A stretch of DNA of 64,000 nt, from positions 12,958,001 through 13,022,000 of the forward strand of contig NC_135252.1 in assembly GCF_964204865.1 (NCBI RefSeq). The letters run 5' to 3'. This stretch comes from Styela clava. Lineage: Eukaryota. Below, piece after piece: positions 1 to 12,015 of the stretch. Position 1 is the stretch's first letter; every line of letters begins with the position of its first letter. Made by a program: the position numbers and the translations under genes. The notes under the pieces were generated by a model. That model saw nothing but the letters and a program-made list of their open reading frames with translations, made no database searches and was not told the origin of the DNA.

Positions 1-373
1 TCTTCAATGGAGGATGGTGAGTAATATTCATCAATTTTGACTATTTATTTCAATCATGTTTCACTTGATGTTTACATGTTTCATCATTGTTTTACTTTTA
101 TTGAAATAAATAAAAATAAAATTGCTCCGGAAAAACTGCAGTTGATTTTTTTTTGTCTGATTGCAGTTTTGGAATATTTAGTTAGTAATATTATTTTACC
201 GTTGTTGTGTTTCAGATCAGAAGCATTTACAAATTTTTACCAGGACGCCGACTATAAATGATGACAATCTTTCAGATCTCCAAGCTTTTGCGGTTGAGCA
301 AGGAATCGACCCAAACACATTAGTGACATTCGGGTGTGGTGACCTGATTCCAACAGATTATCTTTTAGATTAA
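1..373 (+). CDS. Lipocalin paralog A, 3' part only (end of penultimate exon 1-16, last exon 216-373)
   Basis: Spliced translation ...SSMED|DQKHLQIFTRTPTINDDNLSDLQAFAVEQGIDPNTLVTFGCGDLIPTDYLLD*. Near-identical to 4420-4791, including the intron. IFTRTP matches lipocalin SCR3. Confidence 0.85.
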
Positions 374-1519
374 AGATCGGCTTAGTGCAACGGCCATCTA
401 TTTATATTCAGTACTAACGTTATCTCATGTAACAAACTATCATGCAAGTTAAAAACTAATATGGCTATTTTGTACAAAGCCCCTGCCTGCAATCTACATT
501 CCTCACCCTATAACTCAAACCCTAACTGGATAACAACGGAGTTTCTTATTTTGATCGTTGGCGGGAGTGTTTCGTTTTGTCGGAGGCACTATACGAAAGA
601 TCCAATAATATTCTTTCGACGATAAACAATTCAATATTTTCTACATACTTGTACATTTACACAAAAAAAAATGCTAGTTGATTACACAAGTTATTTTTAG
701 CATTTTTGTATGTTAAAACCTCCAAAACAAACATTCTGAACGCACAGCATTCTACTGCCGCGTAAAATTTTCATAATAAAAATAGATAGTTACAAAAAAC
801 TGATTTCTTTCTTCTTTATTCGGGTATACATTGAAAATTATATAACAGTTCCAACGCACTACGTAGTTATTAAAAATACGTCTAAAAACTTGCATAAAAA
901 AATTATATATTTCAGTGAAAAGGTTTACTGGAATACAACATAGATTAATCAGAGAAATCAAAGCTTGTACTGAAATAATGCAAAGTGATATTCAGGTTTT
1001 ATCTTGTCGCTTAAAGTATTGTAATTACTCGACTCAATATAGCTTAATGTTTGAAATATTAAAAAACTTAAATAATTGTGGACGGAACATTCTCACATCG
1101 CTCACTTTGAAAAATTGATCATCGTGTTTGGTGTTCGTTGATCACATGATTTTCGTTACGATTAATATTCAAATGCAAGTGTCAGGAACGGTGACTGACA
1201 GTACGACATTTTACCTTACTTAATTGATGTTTGTGCCTTGAAACAGAAAAACGGAAAACACTTAAATTTCTATTACCTGGCATTTATTCTGAAGTCTCAT
1301 TCGAAAAGTGTAAGCAATGACGCTTGCGAAATGGATCTTTTTGATGCGTTGGGCTTGTTTGTTGTTCAGGAAACTGATCTATTGCCAAAGCACTCAAGTG
1401 AAGAACTTGTTATTTTCCCGTAAATATGCCAGCTGACTTGCCATTGAAGAATTCCTCAGAGAAGTGTATATTTAAATTACGAATCCATAGGAATGTTGTT
1501 GGTATCAAGACATGTACAT

Positions 1520-2095
1520 AAACAGTTTCAAACAGGAACAGGAAATGATCAGAGTATACAGTATGAGTTAAAGACTTTGATGTAATTAACTACCTTCCAC
1601 ATTCTTATTCCTTATCGCAGCAAGTTTGTCGTGTGCTATCTGTTAACTCGCGTACGTTGCATTTATTTGTAACATCGTGATAGGATCATTACACTACTAC
1701 TACATGGCGACCATGTTCAAGACTATATATATTATACTCATAGTTTGTAGCCTACCTTGATTTTCAAAACATGATATATACGTATACAAGTCCAGATCAG
1801 TTTAACGGAAATTTTCAATTTATTCTGATTTGGCATGATCAGCAAGCTTCTGCATGTGATTTATACAATATATCCACTTCAGAAACTTTCATCATTTTTT
1901 TTTGTCATTCTTGAATTTCAAAAGTCTAAATGGTCATTCGGGGACGAAACAAAGCTGAGAAGAAACATTATCGATTACGTAATGGTCGTTAACATATTCT
2001 TCAACTGAACCAAACTAAACACTCAAGTCACAGTTACAATTAAAACTATTTTATGTGAAAGTTTTTCCAATTATTGTCATAAACACTAATACAAG
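1520..2095. repeat. Diverged inverted copy of 6700-7530
   Basis: cgttgcatttatttgtaacatcgtgataggatc and gtagcctaccttgattt (~1655-1765) are reverse-complemented at ~7310-7390. aaagtctaaatggtcattcgg (~1921) is reverse-complemented at ~6882-6902. Confidence 0.8.
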
Positions 2096-2276
2096 AAAGA
2101 TTGTCCAGGTTTTGGTTAATAAACTGGTAAATCCAAAGGTCACCACACCCAAATGTCACTAATGTGTTTGGCTCGGCTCATTTCTCAACTACAAATGCTA
2201 AGTTCTAGAAAATTGTCATCATGTATTGTCCTGGTAAAATTTGTGAAAGTTTCTGACCTGCAACACATCAACGGTA

Positions 2277-2420
2277 AAACGAGAATATCGGTCGGAGACC
2301 GAAGACTTATCGATCGAAAGTTGGGGGATCTCCCAAAACAGCGCTCTTACTCCATGGTGACACCGTGTGTCCCATCACTAATTAAATAATAACTCGCTTA
2401 TTATACGACATAATTCATCG
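2277..2420 (+). mobile_element. Interspersed repeat end, Helentron/HINE (DINE-1)-like
   Basis: aaacgagaatatcggtcggagaccgaagacttatcgatcgaaagtt...ggatctcccaaaacag with hairpin tcggtc-gga-gaccga. The same head recurs at 12868. Family assignment is inferred from structure. Confidence 0.5.
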
Positions 2421-3329
2421 AATTGTGAATATTTCTAATTGATATAATTATTTAATTCAGTGATTCCACTTTAATGAAATTGTATTTTATTGTATTAAAC
2501 GCTATATTTTGGCGACAAATAGAAATTTTAAACGCAAAATGATTTTGATCGAAAATATCTGTACGTTTTTTTTACCAGATTTCTTATTCTTCGAAACGGG
2601 TACTAGAGTTTTGATGAAGTTACGAAATTAATCGATCTTCCGTGAACACAGCATATGAATTTGGAAATATTGCAGAAGATTTTTGATTACTATCATCATT
2701 GAACATTATCATATGTAGTTGGCACTTTATTAATTTCAAATTAAAATTTTAATGTTCGTGATATCTTAGGAGGCATTGTAAATTGCGTAAGCAAGGTGTA
2801 TTAGTGAGTGTGAGTTTGGATATACCTAAAGTTCGGAATTTGACTTTTAACTGCATATATGGAAATCATGTCAAATTTGAAATTAGAAAATACGATATAG
2901 ATTCACACCTTTCTGTTGTGACATGGCTCCACGTTTTATCAAATCTTGCTGCATGCATGAGTTTTGCATCATGTTCAAGTGAACCCTTCCTGAAATTTCG
3001 TCAACATACTTTGTGAATTTTTAATTCAAATTTTTGATGTTGTTTCTTGAATGTACTTATACAATGTAATATACAAATTTGAAAGATGAAATGTAAATAA
3101 TTTTTTCCGCCTTCCGATACCAGTGTCCAAAAGAAATGCTAGTGAACACTCATTATGATAAGACTTGAGAGAAAAGATTCGAAAAAGAGCAGACAAAACA
3201 AAAACACCATGACATATTTGCATCACGTTCCATTATCCAATGCTTTTATCTTTTCTTCTATTTAATATTTATTTTTATATGTTCTGCCATTTTAGCAATA
3301 GTTCGCATTGAGTTATTCACAAGGTCGGG

Positions 3330-4791
3330 ATGATGAAGTCAACTCCTTTTTTGTCTTTGATTATTCTGTTCGTTTCGCTCGCATGGAGTCGAGAAATATA
3401 TTCAGGAAATGATATTGATTTGGAACGCGTAAGTCAAAAAATATTTGTCAAACGATAAATGTGATATTGTATGGACCAACGCCGTTTCGGTAATAAAGCG
3501 CAAAGTTTACGAGTTGTAATTGTGACGTAAAGTTGCAGTTTTTCGGTCTTCTATATATGTAAATAAAAAATATGAAATACGAGAATACTTTATAACAAAC
3601 CCGTGTTGATATTCGTTTTGAAAATTATAAAAAATACTTCATGCTTCAAACACTGAAAAGCGCAAAAACGTATTTTACTTTTAATCTTATTCGTAGTTGC
3701 AAGGAGTCTGGTTTCTCACACTTGGTGTGGACGACTCGTCCTGGAACGTATTATGGAAGTGTCATGTTGTTGCACCTTTCAACGCAACAGAGAATAGGAT
3801 GGGTATATACTCATACAACTTACCCAAGTGAGTAGTATTTCAAAAACGAATTCGTTAAGAACAAAATATATCGGTATACACGAGACATATAAATTAATTA
3901 ATTAACTATGTTATTTCTTTCATAACAGGAATAAATCCCAGAATCCTCACTCCTTTACAGATGATTTATACCGCGACCACCTGGGTCAAATTTGGCATAA
4001 TCAGCAGATTGGTGAGAGTTTCAAGTAATTTATTTTCACTTTCTAGATTGTTATCGCGTACTGATCAGGAAGTTTCGTTTGCTATAATCAGTTTCCAGTG
4101 AATCAGAATTTCAATTTATTTTATGTAGTTCTTGGCAATTTCAATAAAAATAAATTACTGATTTAATCAATTAACCCAAGAACATATAATTGACATTAAA
4201 TTTACTTGCAGAGAAAAGATGGGAAGAGATAGCTACAGAGCTTTATCAAGAACAACCTTCTGTTAACACAAAGATAAGACCTCCTTCTGAAGGTAAAGAT
4301 GTTATTAAATCATGAATTGCGATATTTTACAAACCCACTTTTCATTTGCAGGAGACCCCTGGTTCTACTCTCATCAACATGCCTATTCAACCGATTATTC
4401 TACTTTCTTTAGTATTGTGTCTTCAATGGAGGATGGTGAGTAATATTCATCAATTTTGACTATTTATTTCAATCATGTCCACTCGATGTTTACATGTTTC
4501 ATCATTGTTTTACTTTTATTGAAATAAATAAAAATAAAATTGCTCCGGAAAAACTGCAGTTGATTTTTTTTTGTCTGATTGCAGTTTTGGAATATTTAGT
4601 TAGTAATATTATTTTACCGTTGTTTTGTTTCAGATCAGAAGAATTTACAAATTTTTACCAGGACGCCGACTATAAATGATGACAATCTTTCAGATCTCCA
4701 AGCTTTTGCGGTTGAGCAAGGAATCGACCCAAACACATTAGTGACATTCGGGTGTGGTGACCTGATTCCAACAGATTATCTGTTAGATTAA
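3330..4791 (+). CDS. Secreted lipocalin paralog B, 6 exons (3330-3428, 3697-3827, 3929-4011, 4212-4292, 4352-4435, 4634-4791), 211 aa
   Basis: Signal peptide MMKSTPFLSLIILFVSLAWS; SCR1 DIDLER|LQGVWFL (GxW); SCR2 STDYSTF (TDY); SCR3 IFTRTP; two Cys (KCH, FGC). All introns GT-AG, phases 0,2,1,1,1, frame open to TAA. Confidence 0.9.
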
Positions 4792-5018
4792 CCCGTTTTA
4801 AGCTGCTTCTCTAATTTCAATTTTCAAGGTCATTTTCAAAAAGCATTTGTCGAAAAACCATTAGGCCCTATACCTTCACTCATGGCTTTTTGAACGCGTA
4901 TTTTGTATTCTTTTCCGCGAGATGATAGAGAGTCGTATTAGACCAATTTACGTCTACTCGGGGATATCGCCAAGAATTTGTAAACAAGTTTTTTGTATCT
5001 CGGAAATATGTGCCTATA
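4792..5018. mobile_element. ~227 bp indel present only after the paralog B stop; possible piggyBac-type end (TTAA|CCC)
   Basis: Paralog A reads gattaa-agat-cggcttagtgcaacgg. Paralog B reads gattaa-cccgttttaagc...tata-cggcttagtgcaacgg. No matching GGG|TTAA right end. Confidence 0.45.
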
Positions 5019-5149
5019 CGGCTTAGTGCAACGGCCATCCATTTATATTCAGTACTAACGTTATCTCATGTAATTTTTCTTCAATACAATATTATAAGCG
5101 TGATTGTAACTGAAATCGTTGGTGAGTAATTCGGGAGGTTGGAATTTTA

Positions 5150-6130
5150 TCGCTGCGTTTGACGAGTTCACATACTATGGTCTATTTATCTTTATAACAA
5201 ACATTTCAGCCTTGATTTGGCATAAACAAAAAGGAATAATTCTTCTAGTAAATAGGGGACTTGTAGACTCTGCACTGTGAAGTTATTTCTTCGGTATAAC
5301 GTACAAGTATATCCAGAGAACTTTGACTTGTATTATTACAACATGAAAGAAAAATAGGTTGATTTACCTCTGTGGCAACCACTTTCTGCTTTTTATCGCA
5401 TAACAAAGGGTAGTAATTCTGGCAGTGAACAAAGAGATAGATGCCTACACTTTGCGTTGCGTGAAATAATTTCTTCGTAATGACGACACTGCAAGAAGAG
5501 CGCGGTCGCAATCATGAGGTCGGAATCGCTACGTTCGACGAGTTCACATACTGTGGACTATTCATCTCGATGATAAACATTTTCAGCCTTGATTTGGCAT
5601 AAACAAAAAGGAATAATTATGGTAGTAAACATAGAGACTTTGCACTGTGTGACGTAGGACGTATATCGGAAAACTATAACTTATATTATTATAACATAAG
5701 TCGATCTATATCCGTGACAACCATGTTCTGCTATATTCTTGCATAACAAAGGGTAGCAAATCTGGCAGTGAACTGAGGGATAGACGCGTACACTTTGCGT
5801 TGCGTGAAATAATTCCTCCACGAGTTCACCTACTATGGGCAATTTATCACTATGACAAACATATTCAGCCTTGATTTGGAATGAACAAAAAGGAAAAATT
5901 CTTGTAGTAAACTGAGGGACTCGCAGACTTTGCACTGTGTGCAGTTATTTCTTCAGTATGCCTTAGGACGTATATCGGAAAACTATAACTGATATTATTA
6001 TAACATAAAAGCTATATCCGTGACAACCATGTTGAACAAATGGTAGCTGAACTGAGAGATAAACGCGTACACTTTGCGTTGCGTGAAATAATTTTTTCGT
6101 AATGTTGACGCTACACGCAGAGCACGATCG
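5150..6130. repeat. Three imperfect tandem copies of a ~290-380 bp unit
   Basis: cgagttcac, ttcagccttgatttgg, tgcactgtg and tacactttgcgttgcgtgaaataatt each occur three times. Units start near 5150, 5530 and 5820. Confidence 0.9.
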
Positions 6131-6699
6131 ATCACAATTGTTTACAGGAAATTGTATTTATGAACGGTAGGCAAGCGCAATACACGACGACATAATATAA
6201 TCGCAAAGTGGGACAAATATAAAATAAATGGAATGCAGTAGTGTATTCACTTATTTGAAAAAAATAACAATATTTATGAAGAAATATACGATAAAGACGG
6301 GGCAAATATGAAATAAATTGAATAAAATAGCATATGCAATTATTTGAAGAAAATTACAATATTTACAAATGAATATACGATGAAAACGAGACGACACAAC
6401 GAAATGGAGAAGACAAATATATAAATGGTTACAAGACAATTGCCGGGCAGAATTATGGTCTCTGTGGGGGACTTTTGTGATTTTTTCGGTGTGATATTGA
6501 ATGCGCGACTTTTGATCGGGTGTATTTATATAAACGGAGGTTTCTGACGCCACTTTTGCCTTTCTCCTTTTGGTATGTTATAGACCTATGAGTCACCATA
6601 CTCCAAATTGCGAAATTAACTCTTTTATCACCGGGAATTTACAACTATAGTCACGTAAGCCCATATGGACGTTCCGGCTAACACGAATCTGAACATTCA

Positions 6700-7530
6700 T
6701 GCTTGTATTAGTGTTTGTAACAATGTTTGGAAAAACTTTCATAAAAATAATTGTAATTGTAAATGTGGCTTATAGTTTTATTAGTTTATTTTATTCAGCA
6801 AAATTACCCAAATTGAAGAATATGTTAGCGCCCGTTATCCGTTTATATGTATGCCCGTTTATACTAAGCTTTGTTTCATGTCCGAATGACCATTTAGACT
6901 TTTCGAAATCTATTAATGACATGAAAAAATGACAAAAAAATTCTAAAGTGTATATATATACATTGTATTCACCTGATGCACAATCGTGCTAACCATGCCA
7001 AATTAGAGTAAATAGGAAATTTCCGTTTAACTGAGTTGAAATCAATTTCGTTTTGGAAGAAAGATAATTTTATGACCTGAAAACAAATATTCAGTGGCAG
7101 CCTCTAGGAGTTCGAAATATTTTTGGAGAGATTTCTAAATATTTTTTTATTAAAAAAGAATTAGCATAATTAATATTCGTTATGAACATGTTCATTTACA
7201 ATTTTCCGAACCATGTATGTAAATCTATTACTTCATGTAACATTAAACAGTTTGAATGTATGAAATGTGTATGTGTTATTTACGTATATATATATATATT
7301 ATATGTTTTGAAATCAAGGTAGGCTACATTCAATGTTGAACATGGCAGTAGTGTAAAGATCCTATCACGATGCTACAAATAAATGCAACGTGCTCGAATT
7401 AACAAACCGAACACTGCATGCGATTAGCAGTAGAAACGTTGGTTAAACGTTAGTTACCTAACTCACAGTCTTAATGTTTACTGTGTATAGTCATACTCTA
7501 GCTAGGCGTTTCCCGTTCCTTTGAAATCGT
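6700..7530. repeat. Diverged inverted copy of 1520-2095
   Basis: Colinear reverse-complement blocks matching 1520-2095, with an extra AT-rich segment at about 7040-7280. Confidence 0.8.
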
Positions 7531-7989
7531 CTTTTACAAATTTCTCTCATCTTGAGCCTCATCTTCGCCATCATCGTTCGTCACATATCGACGTTAATCA
7601 CAGAATTTGAGGTGATCGCATTTTTTGTATCAACGTTGCAGGGATGTAATCAATTGCGTAGCTCATCTACTTCTCTATGTCAAATTCCCAAACACGTCTA
7701 ATGTGTAATCGAATACAAAACTATATCGGCGTAATTCAGAAATAAACTAAGATATATTGTTGATTGTGATACCCTAGGCCCCAGGGGAAATATTTATCAA
7801 AGAACATTTTATTCTGAATACCATACATTCCATCAGTGTATTCCTTGGAGTGAATTTTCCGTCCCTAGGATATATTCGCAAGTAAACAAAGCACTGTCAA
7901 ATCCTTGGTGTTCTTATAATAAAATATATATCTATATTTGTATGAAAAGAGAATGTAAATGACACTGGAAAAAAACTGGACTCTTATGT

Positions 7990-9740
7990 TATATTATCAG
8001 ATATTACTATTCATTTCCCAATAATAGGTGGCCTAATGGCATCAAACCATCAACCAGAAATGATGTTATAATTAGAAGGGATATGTCTACATTTTCGATT
8101 GACGCGTTTCGGTCAGACATGCAAGATATAATTATTATCACTTTGTTGCGTTTAACTTGAATGTCGAATGAGTTTCAACAGTCGTTTTGAGGAATTTACA
8201 AATTCTATTGTCCGTATAATCAACCGCCATGCTGCGTTTAACAATTGTCACGTCGTGAAAAAAATATTAAACCTATACCATGGATATCGAAAGGAATACT
8301 CATTAGTATTTGTTTAAGACATAAAATGTTAAAATCCCAATTCCTAAAAGGCAAGAGTTCCCAGTGCCCATATTTCAAAAGATATCGCAATTTACACATA
8401 TCATTGATATGGCAAAACAAATGTATTACTAGAATCTGATTGCTCAAAACATGGAAAACCCCAAGTCCACATGGCGAATTGTGAATCAAATTGCATCCTC
8501 TAAAAACAAGTCAAGGCATAGTATTGACAAAATCCATCTGGAAATTGGGAGTATTATTAATGAATGTCATTGGTTTGCGCAAGAATTTAATCGGTACTTT
8601 TCCACTGTCGGTTCCAATCTTTCTGAACCATTCCCTATGACATGGAGGGCTTTAGAAAGCATCTTGACAAGCGGATGAACCATTCCATATTTCTGAATTC
8701 CGCAACGATGAATGAATTAACAGTTGAAATCACAAGTCTTAAAGATGGTAAGGCAGTTGGGGCCGACAACATCTCGAGCCGTTTTCTCAAGTATGTTGCT
8801 GATATTATAGCTCCATGTCTGACAAATTTTTTTCAACAGTTCACTTCAGTTGGGAATATTTCCATCTTTATTGAAAATCGCCATAGTAGTTCCAATCTTC
8901 AAGTCTGGCAATATAAAACAAGTGTCATATTATAGGCCTATTTCGATCCTTTCTTCCATAGACAAGGTATTCGAACGTTTGATTCATAAACGGCTAATGA
9001 ACTTCCTTACAAAGCATGAGATAATAAATAAATCACAATTTGGTTTTCAAAGTAAACATTCTACTTCACATGCGACACTATATCTCATATTTATGATAAA
9101 CTAGAAAACAAAGAATATGTCAATGCAACCTTCTTAGATCTTAAAAAAATCTTTGATACTGTTAATCACCAAATTTTAATACATAAGCTGTGTCACTATG
9201 GTATTAGGGATGTGGCAAACAAACTCTTTGTCGATTACTTGACCAACAGAGTATAATACGTACAAGTGAGTTCATATTGTTCACTCACCTTACCTGTGAC
9301 CCACGTAGTCACACAGGGATCCTGCTTGGGACCGACTCTATTTTTATTTTTTATCCATGATCTTGCTCGAAGCACCTTATTAAGTTCGAAATTACAAATC
9401 TTCTCGATAATTACAAATCTCCTGAAGTATTTCAATCAAGAGTGAACGCTGAAATTGAAAAATGGGCAAATTGGATAAAACTCAACAAGCCAAATCTAAA
9501 TTTAGATAAATCGTGCTGATATCATCAATTAAAAAAAAAAAAAAACTGATTTAAAAAATGAGATAGGGGACTCTGTTCTTGAAACTGACACAAACTCGTT
9601 ACTCTTCAAGTCATACACAAAACAGTATCCAATTCATCGGCGTGAAACTATGGAACACGCTGCCTAATTCAATTCGTTCCAAAAATTATAATTTATTTAA
9701 ACAAACTTTAAAAAATCTTTACCTTGATGCTTATATATGT
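7990..9740 (+). mobile_element. Degenerate non-LTR retrotransposon ORF2 (CR1/L2-group reverse transcriptase)
   Basis: Frameshifted segments PWISKGI, NPKSTWRIVN, FNRYFSTVG, AVGADNIS, FPSLLKIAIVVPIFKSG..YRPISILSSIDKVFE, QFGF, FDTVNHQIL, QGSCLGPTLF, GVKLWNTLP, with multiple stops. Confidence 0.9.
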
Positions 9741-12015
9741 CAATATTTCCCCAGCTGTTCGCCCATTTTTAGGCCTGTTGTTAGGTTAATCCTTTTCTTC
9801 GATGTATGTATGTGGTGTTCATGTGCTCTCTGTTCGAGTAATAATGGAACAATGCCACTAGCATTACCAGTATCAATTTTCATATCTGTTGGTGTATGTA
9901 TATTATTAAATTATGAACCTCTGAAATCACAAAAAAGTATGGTAACACTTTATATTTACGCATGTGGCTCTGCCGTTACATGAATGCATAAGTTTGTAAG
10001 TAATCTAAAAGGCATAGTATTGAATATTTTCATTATTATAATCATATTATGCATGCCTTTTCATCTCAATATGTAGTGCTGCTTACATCCCCTGTTGAAA
10101 TAATCAATTTCTTTGCCAAATTTAAATATTATCGACGTCTCTATAACTCCAAACTCATATAAAGAACATAACAAACATCCCCTTTTCTGGTTGCTAACTA
10201 CGCTATGCGGCGTCATGTTAGTCAGCAATTTCTTAGTTGTTATTACGCTCTTCCGAGCATAACATTATAAAGCAAAACTGACATAACCAGTCACTCTTTC
10301 CTGATTGACTTGAACCATATTTTTTTTATATTTCTCAAATTAGATTTATTCATCAAGCCCTGATGATATCATCAAATTATTATTTTTAACATGTATTTAA
10401 TGTCATCTGTTCATCAATAAATTAACACGGTGTCGTTGACACGATGACTCTGGCAGTCTTTTGCGGCTCCGCGTCAATTGAGGAATATTGTATGCCTCAG
10501 TTTTCAATAGATTTTTGTATTATCATTATATTAGTTTGATTGTGTACAATATTTCATGCACGACGAAATAAAACTTCTGAGTTCTGAGTTCTAATGTTGT
10601 TTTGATTAGTTATCATATATATGGACCTTCTGGTCTTCTATCAATTTCGTTATTAGTCGAATGTTTAATTAAGTCGTGAATGTTTTTATTATCGTTTGTG
10701 GTTGATTGACCACTAATGCTTGGATTCGTAATCATGAGGAAAACAGAAACCTTCGTTGCTATTAATGCTAATATCAATCCACTCAATATCGAGATATTGC
10801 TAAAAAATGGCATTTTGAGGAAGAGGTAGAACGTGTCGGGAAAGCGAGAGTCGATTTTAATGTACTGCCTTGTTCAGACATTTTAGGTTTATTTTGAAAT
10901 AATGAACATATCGGTTCTCTTAATGTCTTTCGTGCCTTTTTGTAGGTTGAATCTATCATGTGGACTTCCTAATTTGAAATTTTGTTTCAAACTATAGCTA
11001 CCACACCACCCAGTATCTATCTAATGAGAAATATTTCTATGTACTAATAAAAGAAAATTCTTAAGAAATGATAGAAACCAAGCCACACCATCATAATCTT
11101 ATATTGTTAATTACTAGTTACTCAATTGCATAACATTACAAAAGGTTCGTCTCGGTCGCAGTTTGAACATTTTTGTCCGACTTGTTTTAAGGGGTCGCGT
11201 AATCGCGACGATGTTTCAGAAGCCGTTGCATGGGAAGTTCTGAATCTATAATTTTAAATGATCTACCCCTACATACTGCTGATATATTAAATTAGTAATG
11301 AAAATTTTTTTCGTTTAACTCAAATCTGAAAAAGTGCTCCTCTTTTTGTTCTTGTCATTGGGTAAATAACCATTCCCTACCTCGAAGACTTTTCATCTGA
11401 TTTTATATCTATATTCAACTTACTCCTTATTCATGTCAAAGAAGAATAACCAGGATACCACGGTAATACATTAAACTGCGATTTATTAATATAAGCGTTA
11501 TTTTGCATCAAAATACGCAACTTATTAATATCTACATTCTATGACATGTACACTGAATACTATTCAAATAAATAAAATAATATTTCCTTCCCTTGAAGAT
11601 TAATTCTACTAGGCTAAACAAATATGACGGGGTTGGTATGTAAATGATCATCATTACGTATCTTAGCCTTAACAGTGAGTTCAAAGTTATGTTCTTTGTT
11701 CTTGAAGTAATGGGTTGTTTTTGAAGTTGGGAATGCAAGAATTTAAATGATAACCTTCTTTCAATAGTATAGATAAAATCACATAAATATCCTTTGTGGC
11801 GAAATAACAATATTATCACGGATACACAACATAAATTTCAATTTCTTTCTTTCGTTTCTTTCAATCAAGATTGAAAACATCAACTATATTTGAAATATAT
11901 TTACAGTTAACATAGGCTACTGTATAAGACTTGATTAAATAGAATCTAAGATAATAATTGGGTAATCAGGTTAAATGTATATTTCCTGGGGCACTTTCTT
12001 CCTCTGCCTTCATTG

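Noticed and set aside
37-261. Track ORFs 37-261 and 4494-4679 appearing as duplicated small proteins
   Set aside because: They are mostly lipocalin intron read in the wrong frame. The similarity comes from the duplication.
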